A DNA stretch of 64,000 nt, taken from contig CM069155.1 in the NCBI GenBank assembly GCA_035221665.1, positions 29,326,001 through 29,390,000 on the forward strand. Direction: 5' to 3'. Origin of the DNA: Okamejei kenojei (lineage: Eukaryota). Shown in pieces: positions 26,543 through 36,933 of the stretch (the stretch's first letter is position 1; each line of letters starts with the position of its first letter). The notes beneath the pieces are model-generated. The model was given only the letters and a program-made list of their open reading frames with translations. It was not told the origin of the DNA and searched no databases. A program made the translations under genes and the position numbers.

Positions 26543-26865
26543 TCAGATACAGCTGGATCTCACGATATTTGTCTTAAGTGGGTTTGCCTGAGTCTGGTGT
26601 TTAACCACACAGGAGTAAAGCTCGTGTAAGTTCCAGTCTGAGGCTGTCAGAGTCAGGTAACTGCTGAGACTAAACGTGTTGTCCTTATCCTGCTGGATCG
26701 GGCTGGTCTCAACGCCGCTATTTTTTGCACCGCCGTCGACTGTCCACTCAACGACCACCGAGCCCGGGTTAAAGCCGTTCACCAAACAAACCAGGGTGGC
26801 GGTGCCCTTTGAGGTAACTTCATCAGCGGAAGGCGGGAGAACCGTCACTATAGGTGCCCGAGGAC
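26543..26865 (-). CDS. IGLC: Ig light chain constant exon (lambda/type II-like), cluster 2, intact
   Basis: Acceptor ttcaacag, phase 1. Reads GPRAPIVTVLPPSADEVTSKGTATLVCLVNGFNPGSVVVEWTVDG..FSLSSYLTLTASDWNLHELYSCVVKHQTQANPLKTNIVRSSCI*. Has the C1-set Cys/Trp/Cys and a penultimate interchain Cys. Confidence 0.96.
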
Positions 26866-27706
26866 CTGTTGAACAAGAAGTCACGTTTAATTGGAGAATT
26901 GCCAACGTCGAGATATCACATTTCAGAAAATGCATCCCATTAGAGCACTCATTTATTCATTTGTAGAAAATCGTTTTATTCTCGACCTATTTCAAACAAT
27001 TGTGTGTGTTTGTTAAAATCGGATAAACAATGAGTAAACAACGTGAAAGGAACTGGGATAGATGCTGTCTGTCCTATCCATAAACAACAGGGAAGCAACT
27101 GTGATATATCATGGCTGTAAAGTTTTATAAAATCGAACACATTAATATAACTTTATAAAAGTGATTTTCACTACACGTCTCCATGTCAGTCTATTTAAAT
27201 GTAACAAACGTAACTAATTTACTTCGCGGAATTTACAGATTAACAGATTGAAACTTATTTGATAGTGTGCACCCATTGAGATAGAGGGTGAAGTTATTTA
27301 AGTACCGCAGGAATATAAGGAAAATATTCTCCGAACCGCCATGGTCACCGATTCGCAGATTTCGATTTCATTATAGTTCGAATGTTAATTTATATTTGAA
27401 ATGTATTGCTGTGTTCATCAAACCTTGTTACACGCATTAAACAAAAGTAACCTATTTCCTGAGGGAAATGTGCAAAACGTTCTCTTTTCACATTTTCGGG
27501 TGAAACGATATACCCGTTAGACATGTCAACCAGAATTTCGGCAAAGTTGAATGTCAACGTTGCTGATCCCCGTTAACCAAGCAATTTACTTTCACATCTG
27601 GACAATTATTCTCCTGAGTTGAAAATTTCGCTGCGAATATTTCTGCAAATTATTTAACAAACCGCATTTTATGCAACGATAGTTGGGGGCACTTCAATTC
27701 CACGCT

Positions 27707-27832
27707 AATCCTTATATACAGGTCTGAAGAAGGGTTTCGGCCCGAAACGTTGCCTATCTCCTTCGCTCCTTAGATGCTGCTGCACCCGCTGAGTTTATCC
27801 AGGTCTTTGAGTACCCCCAATCCTTATATACA
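27707..27832 (+). mobile_element. 98-bp short element with a 14-bp TSD, beginning with a hammerhead-like motif
   Basis: AATCCTTATATACA occurs at 27707-27720 and 27819-27832. The element is absent from the paralogous intron of cluster 4 (about 57200-57250). Confidence 0.88.
27720..27755 (+). ncRNA. Minimal type-I hammerhead ribozyme-like motif
   Basis: AGGU-CUGAAGA-A-GGGU(UUCG)GCCC-GAAA-CG-UU-GCCU: catalytic core, stem II, 4-bp stem I and a palindromic ACGU in place of stem III. Activity is not shown. Confidence 0.6.
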
Positions 27833-28514
27833 TGACTACTTCAAAATCCCGAAAAGGTGCCAGTAATTCGCATTGGGAAACACGCGATAATTATTGGGCG
27901 GGAATGAAAAATTGGAGGGTCGCCTCACATTTTCGAGAACATTAAAGTTCTTAAAGTGCGGCCTAAATAATTTGGTAAATTGTGAACTGTAAACACACAT
28001 AAAGCTGGGAATCACAGGTTCACGATTTCTACTCTACTATGGAGGGCGTATGGCCCGAGCGAGTCTTGTTCGGGTCCTGAATAACTTGAATGGCTTTGAG
28101 ATAGAAATGTGGCTCTCATCTGCGAAAACAATTACATAAATTATTTTCGTGATTCAACTAAAGTGTAAAGAGATTCAGAGTGAAACACTTGTTTCAATAT
28201 CAAACAAAACACCGTAGAACAAATTATTCTCTCGCATCCCTGCACCGTGCGGTCGGATATCAATGCGTTTAAAAGATGGAAAGTAGCTGCAGTGCCAAAT
28301 GATTTAATAAATAATAAATAAAGAAATAATTAAGTCGATAAAGTCCATGTGTTCATTCGCGCGCTCAGTTGAGAAATTGATTTTTAGCTCACTTTTCGAG
28401 TTATTTTACCGAACTATGACCAAGTGAGCTCGGAGCGTGAACGTCTGTAAAGCAGGAATCTATACACTGCACCAACTACATCGAAATAAACCTTGCAAAA
28501 TCAAGTATAATTTG

Positions 28515-28760
28515 AAGATAGGCACAAAACGCTGGAGTAACTTAGCGGATCTCTGAAGAAAAAGAATAGGCGACGTTTCGGGTCGAGACCCTTCTTCAGA
28601 CTGAGAGTCAGGGGAAAGGGACGCGAGAGATATAGACGGTGTAGAGAGATAAAGAAAAATGATAGAGAGATATGCAAACAAGTAACGATGATAAAGGAAA
28701 TAGGCCATGGATAACCGTGGGCTCGGTGAAAACGAGTTATAGACAATGCAACTCACCAGG
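28515..28760 (-). mobile_element. SINE-like repeat in the J-C intron, with a hammerhead-like core on the gene's sense strand (28568-28602)
   Basis: Minus strand AGT-CTGAAGA-A-GGGTC(TC)GACCC-GAAA-CG-TC-GCCT. Same family as the copies near 11810, 14090, 19400, 24350, 24910, 35245, 41040 and 54435. Confidence 0.75.
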
Positions 28761-28964
28761 AAAACATTGAATCTATTACAACGACTAACTTCAAAGTTAC
28801 TTGAAGTTAAATCAATAGTCATACAGCTGGATTGTAAAGTGGCCAAATGAAATATGAGCTGATGTACCTCGAATTTGCATGAATTATGACGTTAATTCAA
28901 CAAACATTTTGTTTATATTTACAAAATATTCCATGGCGCAATTCAAATAATATATTCCACTTAC

Positions 28965-29306
28965 CACCAATACCCAGCCTCGTTCCTTTACCAAAATGTA
29001 AACCACTATCCCATTTTGCACAGTAATAGTCTGCAGCATCATCCGCCTGAACGTTAGATATTGCGAATGTTGCAGCGTTGCCTGACATTGAGACGGAGAA
29101 ACGGTCTGGAATGTCCGTGCCTTTATAAATGCTGCCGGAAGAATAATAGAATAAATACTTTGGAGTTTTGCCAGGGATCTGTTGGTACCAGGAGACATAG
29201 TTACCGCCTGAACTGGAGCCCGATATGGTGCAGGATATTTGTATGTTCTGCCCCGTAGAGGTGGACATCGAAGGCGGTTGACTTATTGTAATTGCCGCGT
29301 CTACAT
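28965..29306 (-). CDS. IGLV: Germline-joined VJ exon, Ig light chain cluster 2, intact
   Basis: 342-nt phase1-phase1 exon (ttctcag ... gtaagt). Reads (Y)VDAAITISQPPSMSTSTGQNIQISCTISGSSSGGNYVSWYQQIPGKTPKYLFYYSSGSIYKGTDIPDRFSVSMSGNAATFAISNVQADDAADYYCAKWDSGLHFGKGTRLGIG. V-set C, WYQQ and DYYC run directly into the J motif FGKGT. Confidence 0.96.
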
Positions 29307-29426
29307 CTGAGAAAAGATCAAGATCAGAAAAATATAAAATCATTAGGATAGTTGAAGTGCGGGAAAAGATCACAATTTAATGGTGCACGGCAATAAATCT
29401 ATTGCCCGGGGAAGTATAATACTCAC

Positions 29427-29475
29427 AAACTGCGCATAACACCAGAGCACCAACCACACAGATCCAGCAAGCCAT
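29427..29475 (-). CDS. IgL leader exon, cluster 2 (MACWICVVGALVLCAV)
   Basis: ATG at 29475 and gtgagt donor at 29421-29426. The 120-nt intron splices in frame to the VJ exon. Confidence 0.9.
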
Positions 29476-29551
29476 TTTAATTAAGCGACTGAACTCCGAT
29501 AGGGCGTCAGTTTCCTGATTAAGTGGCGTCTAAACTTGCTCAAGGGCTCGC

Positions 29552-29633
29552 TTTATAAATGGAATGACGAGTTCGCACCGTGTGTTTATCAATGCAAACC
29601 AATCAAACCAGAATGCTCGTCGAAGCCAATCAG
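29552..29633 (-). promoter_or_regulatory. IgL promoter, cluster 2: TATA, variant octamer, two CCAAT boxes
   Basis: TATAAA (29552-29557), GTTTGCAT 7/8 octamer (29592-29599), CCAATC (29599-29604) and AGCCAATCAG (29624-29633). Confidence 0.75.
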
Positions 29634-29895
29634 AAATTGCCAGATCCTTCCTTCCTCGAAATATTCCGCCACTGTGAAGCATAACCTGATGCGTTCTCAT
29701 ACATATCGTGGAATAAAAGGGATTGGTGCAGTAGCCCCTTCCCGATAATAAACAATCTATCCATTTTTGTATGATCCCTAAGCAAAAATATAATGAAGAG
29801 ATTATCTGAGAGTATTCAATCTTATATTCTGAAACTCTTTAATCGGCAATGGACACGGAAGCGAAACGGTCCAATTAAAACAATATAACGCTTTT

Positions 29896-30455
29896 CAAAA
29901 AACAATAATATTTATATTTTTATTAGAAGCATTGTACAGTAATATAAACCGCGGCATATGACAAAATACATTTCGTGTACCACCTCTATTTTAAATTTAA
30001 CAAGAAATTGATAGAACAAGAAAGAAAGAACGAGAAAGAGAAAGAGTGAAGGAAGTAGTGATGTGTAAACCCCTAGACTACCAGATGTGCAGTCCAGGGG
30101 TAAACCAGCAATAGCCTATAGAAAAATAAAGACAAAACCCCATAAATAATAAAACAAGAAATAAAAGAAAAGAAAAAAGAGAGAGACAGAAAAAAATGGG
30201 ACCCTTATGTGTGGATATACCTGCTTCATATCTCACCACACCCATCACCCAGTTGGTGAATCGGTTTATTTCCAGAGTTGTGTTGCACCATGTTAATCTT
30301 GTAATGAATCAATAAAAGGAGACCATGTCTTTAAAATTGTTCTGATTTTCCTGCTAGGACGGGTCTCATATCTTCAAGATGTAGCGTCTCAGACATGCTT
30401 GTAATCCACATTTTAAGCGTTGGGGTGGACGCATTTTTCCAAATCCCTGAATAGA
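29896..30455 (-). mobile_element. L1-clade LINE 3' end
   Basis: Minus strand translates as ..WKNASTPTLKMWITSMSETLHLEDMR..TWSPFIDSL (L1 ORF2 C-terminus-like), followed by a T-rich UTR. Absent upstream of cluster 4. Confidence 0.65.
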
Positions 30456-32604
30456 ACGTGATGGCAGCCACCCTCCTCTGCCCCGTTTTTATTCAGTGTC
30501 ATCTTAAATCGATATATTTTCGCAATTTCGAAAGCATAATTCCCACAGACCATCATTCTTCTTGTGTGAGAATGTTAACTAACATTCACACGAATAAATG
30601 TTAGTGCAGTTGCAGTTTTAGGAAGCAATTCAGACTACATGGTGCGTATGTTGCTTGGAAGAGCTGCCTGCTTTCACTCTAATACTGTAATGCGCAGTAG
30701 ACCTTTGCCCAAAGAAGGGCACCAGCATTTTGAAAAACAGAGGTGTTGCATCTGACTTTAATGAAGTTTAAAATTGGTGATATGTTTGATAACATGTTGA
30801 TATACTACATACGTATACGATAACTAATTGTATGTACAGTTGATGCAGTGTTTGTATATTCCAAACAGCACCAGTCAATGATGAGCATCAGCAATAAGAA
30901 ACAACGTCTGCAAGGGCACCCACGAATCGATCGTGGTAGTCATCTGCGCATCATCCCCGAATTTTGCACGACATTTTCCTTCCGTTTGATCAACAACAAA
31001 AGTTCCAAATTTAACATCTGGAAATTGTTCGGGATACTTGTTTTTTTCGAAATTAAACTCTAATAACCGGAGTTAGATTTTGGGTGCGCGCGCGCCACTG
31101 TTTCTTTCCATCCGGGGAGAGCAGACGAAGGTCACACAGTCAAACATTGCTCCCTACGCACAGGGGGGCCACATGCAAAGCAGCGAGACAGTGTTAATGG
31201 TTGTTCAGACATTTACATCAATCGGAGGCATTGATTTACTCCCGACAATATCACTGTTCTGAATATGCTTAAAAATTCCTAAATACTCATTAATATAAAT
31301 TACGATCTGGCAATTAACATGAATGCATGTAGCATAAATTCCCGTTAAACCAGATTAATTTAGCAGCCGTCATTATTGTTCTGCCATCCATTAACATAAC
31401 CGTCCATTCTTTCCAGCACGGCTGGGACGAGAAACAATGTGTACCATCTACAGAGTTAGTTGCAATTGCGCGCGTAAGCCACTCTAAACGTATGCATGCC
31501 GCTAGGACAGCCATTTTTTATCAAATGCTTATTCGCAGAATCCCCTCCAAGAGTTTCTCTAGTACACAGTATCCAGGATTTGTAAATATCTTGCATTGCT
31601 CTCACTGCTGCCGTTCTTCACTTTGCAACATGCAATGCTGTAAGAAAATGAACACGCGAACGATGGCAGTGGCTCAAGGTTGTTCATCATTATCTTCCCA
31701 AATGCCTATCCACAGATGCTGCTTGATCCCCTCAGTTACTCCAGCAGTTTGTGCTTTACTCAAGATTCCAGTATCCGCAGTTCCTTGCGTTCTGTTTTGA
31801 ATGAACAATGAATACTGCGTTCCCAGAGATGCACACATTCCACAAATGTTGGAGAATTAGATATGATCAAGCATGATTGTTTCATATTGTACACTCATGG
31901 AAAGTGGACACTGTGTACCAATAAAACATTATTGACCCCACTGCTCGCCGAGATGTGTATTAGTATATCTGTATTTCTTTCCTAGAGACGTCTGAGACTA
32001 GCTGGGCACTTGATTTAATAAATAACCCCTTGCTTTTTGAGTACCATGATAAACGGCTAATTCTATAACATATTTACCCTTTCTTTCTAGATCAGACTTA
32101 ATCATTGGGGTCAAGGAAAGAGCGTTGACGCCGCGGCCCTGTTTCCACCAATCTTTCACGCACAAGAAGCACAAGAAGCGACAAGACAGACGCCATTGTA
32201 TGCAGATGCCGAGAAGTGCGTTCAGTTCTGGTTGTACAACTTCTTATCTTATGTGTGGACTAGATAAGAAGATGACATTCATTGTATAACTGAATGCTTC
32301 GGTCTAGCTCACGCAGCTCACCTTCATGAGAGGGAGAGAAAGACTTTACCTTGGAACGTGATCCGGAGCTGTTCCAGGAACGGAGAGTTCTCCAGATCAG
32401 CCATAGCAAACTGGAATCTGGAAGAGGATAAATTCAGGCGATTCGTTGTTATTAGCAATTAAAACTCAATGAGCAAAAGGGCGTGAGATGTGTTGCTTTA
32501 TGAGCATTTTCTCGTATTTTGCTATGATAAAGATGGACTTGGAAACCAAAATATCTATCTCATTCCATCTCATTCCAGCTACCCACTCAATACCAAATTA
32601 TAAT

Positions 32605-33296
32605 AGACAATAGACAATAGGTGCAGGAGGAGGCAATTCGGCCCTTCGAGCCAGCACCGCCATTCAATGTGATCATGGCTGATCATCCCCAATCAGTACC
32701 CCGTTCCTGCCTTCTCCCCATACCCCCTGAATGCGCTATCTTTAAGAGCCTTATCTAGTTTTCTCTTGAAAGTATCCAGAGAACCGGCCTCCACCACCCT
32801 CTGAGGCGGAGAATTCCACAGACTCAAAACTCTGTGATAAAAAGTGTTTCCTCTTCTTCGTTCTAAATGACTTACCCCTTATTCTTAAACTGTGGCCCCG
32901 GTTCTGGACTCCCCAAACATCGGGAAAATGTTTCCTGCCTCCAGCGTGTCCAAACCGTTAATAATCTTATATGTTTCAATAGGACCCCCTCTCATCCTGT
33001 AGAATATGGAAGCCCAGCCGTTCCATTCTCTCAGCATATGAGAGGCCCGCAATCCAGGGAAACAACCTTGTAAACCTACCGTGCACTCCCTCAATAGCAA
33101 GAATGTCCTCCCTCGAATAAGAGGCCAAAATTGCATACAATACTCCAGGTGTGGTCTCACCAGGCCATATACAACTGCAGAAGGACCTCTTGACTCCTGT
33201 ACTCAATTCCTCTTGTTATGATGGTCAACATGCCATTCGCTTTCTTCACTGCCTGCTGTACCTGCATGCTTACTTTCATTGACTGGTGAACAAGGA
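32605..33296 (-). mobile_element. 5'-truncated CR1 LINE
   Basis: RPHLEYCMQFW motif and a (TAGACAA)n tail at about 32605-32620. Confidence 0.88.
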
Positions 33297-34028
33297 AGCA
33301 CGAATCATTTATTTGCCTTTATTCAATTTTGTTGAACACGCAGCACAAAAGTTACAAACTTGAAGGAACATATTATTTGGATAGACAGCGTTTACAATAA
33401 CAGCGTTTCCAATATATAATATTTGATGAAAATAAAAACTGCGAAGTTTCTGGTTGTTTATTTATGTATCTATCCACCCATCCGTTTATTTATTTAGATA
33501 TTCGCATATTTGTCCATCTATTTTATATATATATTTTAATTTTTCTATTTATTTATCTACTCGTGTATTCGTTTATGTCCTTGTTTATCCGTCTATTTAT
33601 TTATTTGTTGTATTTTTATTTTTTTCTTCCTTCACCTCTCCTGCTTGTGCCCCATCCGTATTGACACCTATTTATCGCCATTCTCCCTCCCCTTCCCCCT
33701 ATATGTCTTCTTCTGTCTTCACGATTCGAACTTCTATCCTCAGATCACACCTTTTGTCTTTTCTTATCTGGCCTTTGTCCAACCACCAACCAATCACCCG
33801 CCGCCTCACTGTATCCAACTACTTCTCTGGCTTAGTCATACCCCACCTCTCTTCCAGCTTTCTCCTCCTCCCCCACCACAATTAGTCAGAAGATACGTCC
33901 CGATTCTAAACGTCACCTATCCATGTTCTCCGAGGCTTCCCCACCACTTTGTGTAACATTTCGATCTGTTGTCACCTGGAAGAAATGAATGATCCAAGTT
34001 TCCCAGCTCAGCTCGCCAGTTTTTCACC

Positions 34029-34262
34029 ACCAAATAAAATGGATCGCAATTTGATACTCAATGGGATTTAAGTCAACCAGACAGGAGTAAAGCGTGTGTA
34101 GTTTCCAGTCTGAGGCTGGCAGAGGGTTACCCGTCCCCTTCAGGACCCGGTTGGTCTCAACGCCATTCCTTCTCGCAGTTTTGTCTGCAGTCCATTAAAC
34201 CCGCTCACCGAACAAACCAGCGTGACTTCGCTCGGCGAAGGTGGCAGAACCGACCCAAGGAT
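34029..34262 (-). pseudogene. Degenerate IgL constant pseudo-exon (psi-C b)
   Basis: Paralog of 18304-18589 with further internal deletions and the same ataaccag acceptor. Confidence 0.8.
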
Positions 34263-34915
34263 CTGGTTATAAAAAGGACCAGTTTAGTAAAAGTTGGAAA
34301 ACTGCTTCAGAAATATTACGCTTTGCGATGATACATTGGATATAATTATCAGAATGTCTCTCACTATGTCAGCGGTGGATACTCGGAGTTTTCTTTCCAG
34401 GGCCGAAGTATTATATAATATAGTTCATAGCTTTAAAGTAGGAGAGGGGTGGAAGGGGGTACACTTTAAAGTTGAAGAGGGTACACTTTGCATGTATTTT
34501 TTAAACAGGAAGTGTGCAACGGTTTGCTAGAAGAAGCGGTGTAAGTAAATACCCAGCAAGGCTCAAGAGGCATTTAGGCAAGCACGTGAACATATAGGGA
34601 ATGGAGGGATACAGACATTATATATGGCAAGCAGATGGCATTAGCGTAAATTAGCATTAGGTTCGCACAGACATCGTGGGCCATCGTGGATAGATCTGAA
34701 GTTATGACACTGACATCGTGTTTTACAGCATGTACGCGGATGATGAGCAGGAGAGGCCGACAGCATTTATGTGTGGCATGAGTGCATGGTTTTCTCGCCG
34801 GTCCTGGCGCTCACATATAGAAGTTTTCGAAAGGCAACGTTGATAAAATGTAATTACATTACGACACAGGAAATAATGCGGCCTTTTGGGTCAGTATCAG
34901 CTTCTGTCAGATGAA

Positions 34916-35024
34916 CCCCCCCCCCCCCACCCCCCCCCCCCCCCCCCCACCCCCCCCCCCCCCCCCACCCCACCCCCCCCCCCCCCCACCCCCCCCACCC
35001 CCCCCCCCCCCCCCCCACCCACCC
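34916..35024. repeat. Poly-C / (CnA) tract
   Basis: About 110 nt of C with occasional A. The paralog near 19170 has only about 11 nt. Confidence 0.9.
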
Positions 35025-36475
35025 CGTCTTTATTTTCTTGTAATTTTCAATTCATTCTCTCTCCTGGATATTTAACCCGTTTGATTCACTTTGCGATTTA
35101 TCTTCACTAAGAGCATGGGAGCAATACATAGGGATGGGAAATCGATGCAGTGGCTGACCAACAATTCATTAATCCCCAAAATAAACCAATGGATAGGGAT
35201 TAATTTAGTTAAAGAGCCATAAACCGACAGTGTTAGTTAACGTGTAGGAAGGAACTACAGATACTGGTTTAAATCGAAGATAGATGCAAAATGCTCGAGT
35301 GACGCAGCGGGACAGGAAGCATCTCTAGAGAGAAGGAATGGGTGACGTTTCGGGTCTGAAGAAGGGTCTCGACCGGAAAGGTCACACATTCCTTCTGTCC
35401 GGAGATGCTGCCTGTCCCGCTGAGTCACTCCAGCATGCTGCATCTAGTGTTGGTTAAGGTTTGTTTCGGTTTTTTTCCGGTCTAAGAGAAATATGGATTT
35501 TTCGCCTGCAATGTAGTTATTGAGTCCACCGATCTTTTCGATATATGTCAAAATCATGGAATGGCAAAGTGCAATTACACCGTTGTCGGGCGTCATGATA
35601 TTTGCAAATGTATAAACAATGAGGAGAATGGTCTTTAATCCGGAAACGTAACTACAGACTGATGATAGTCATTTTTTTATGTCGTTCTGGTTATGGTCAT
35701 TCGTTTTTGATAGGAATGATACACAGGTATTAAATTTAAATAGCACAGTCAGAGAGCCGCAATCAAGTAATTAAATAGGTATTCAAGTAGACTATTAAAA
35801 ACAATTGACCTTAGAAATTACAGAATGCAAATAAAAGCAAAGATCACAGAAAACTCTGCTATTTTTATTTGGCTCCAACATGTGAATAATCAACAAGTGT
35901 CAGCCAATTGATGCCCAAGTTGTCTTTGGCTGTGTATCCGAGTAAATTATTTTCGGACGCGTAAAACCAACAGACAGAGAATTACAAAGAGTGGTGGAGA
36001 GAAACAGGGGCATTATGTAAACGAGGGAGAGGAACAAAACGAGAGATACAGCGGGGATCAGAGAGAAAGGAAAAGCAAGGGTAGAGAGCAACGGAGGACG
36101 AGGTGAAGTTCAAAGCAATGAGGACGATGTAAAGTACATAATTTAAAAGATTCATGGACAAAACGGGATTATTAAAAAGAAAATATACAATTTGTCAGAT
36201 CACCGGCGTCCAGGCAGACATGTAATTAATGGGTAAACAATACTAATTCTTATGAGTAGTGATTAGTACTAATCCTGATCGCGGAGATGTAATTGTAATT
36301 AAGATACTCCAACTAAAATCCACCATTAAGCATAATAGATATAGACACAAAATGATAGTAACTCAGCGGGTCAGGCAACACGTCTGGAGTAAAGGAAAAT
36401 ATGATGTTTCGGGTCGAAACCCTTCTTCAAACTCGGAGTCGGGGGGATGGAGAGTGGGGGAGCTAGAGGTATGAA

Positions 36476-36900
36476 TATACTACAGGATCCAGGATGTCAC
36501 GGACACAATATCCTCAAGGGCCAAGGTGAACAGCCGGAAGTGGTAGTGCATGTTGGCACAAAAAATGTCGGAAAGAAGGGGATAAATGTTCTGCAGCGTG
36601 AATTTAGAGAACTCGGGAAAATGCTGAAAAACAGGACCTGCAGGGTTGTTATCTCCGGTTTGCTTCCAGTTCCTCGTGCTGGCGAGAGCAGGAACAGGGA
36701 GATACACGACCTGAATGTATGGCTGAGAAACTGGTGCAGGGGCAGGTTTATATTCTTAGACCACTGAGATGTGTTTTGGAGTAAGGGGAAAATGTACAAA
36801 GGGGACGATTTGCACCTTAACCGATGGAGGACCAGCATTCTGGCAGGCAGGTTTGCCACTGCTACACGGGTGGTTTTAAATTAAATAAGGGAGGGGAGGT

Positions 36901-36933
<33 letters not shown>

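Larger units (their letters stand above)
17557..26954. repeat. Segmental duplication block A (paralog of 33294-43153)
   Basis: Near-identical unique sequence from ggaagcacgaatca to agagcactcattta, apart from copy-specific insertions. Confidence 0.9.

Noticed and set aside
26676-26966. Plus-strand ORFs antisense to C exons and LINE ORFs
   Set aside because: Shadow frames of the real coding or repeat sequence.
28897-29373. ORF-track 158-aa protein as a single-exon gene
   Set aside because: The N- and C-terminal extensions are intron read-through. The true exon is 28965-29306. The same applies to ORFs 26543-26935 and 42745-43188.
29669-29675. CACTGTG heptamer (also near 2470, 5241, 17325, 48761, 58348) as an RSS
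   Set aside because: No nonamer at 12- or 23-bp spacing and none abuts a V or J coding end.
34886-35110. Poly-proline ORF
   Set aside because: Translation of a poly-C tract that is short in the paralog and possibly inflated by sequencing error.
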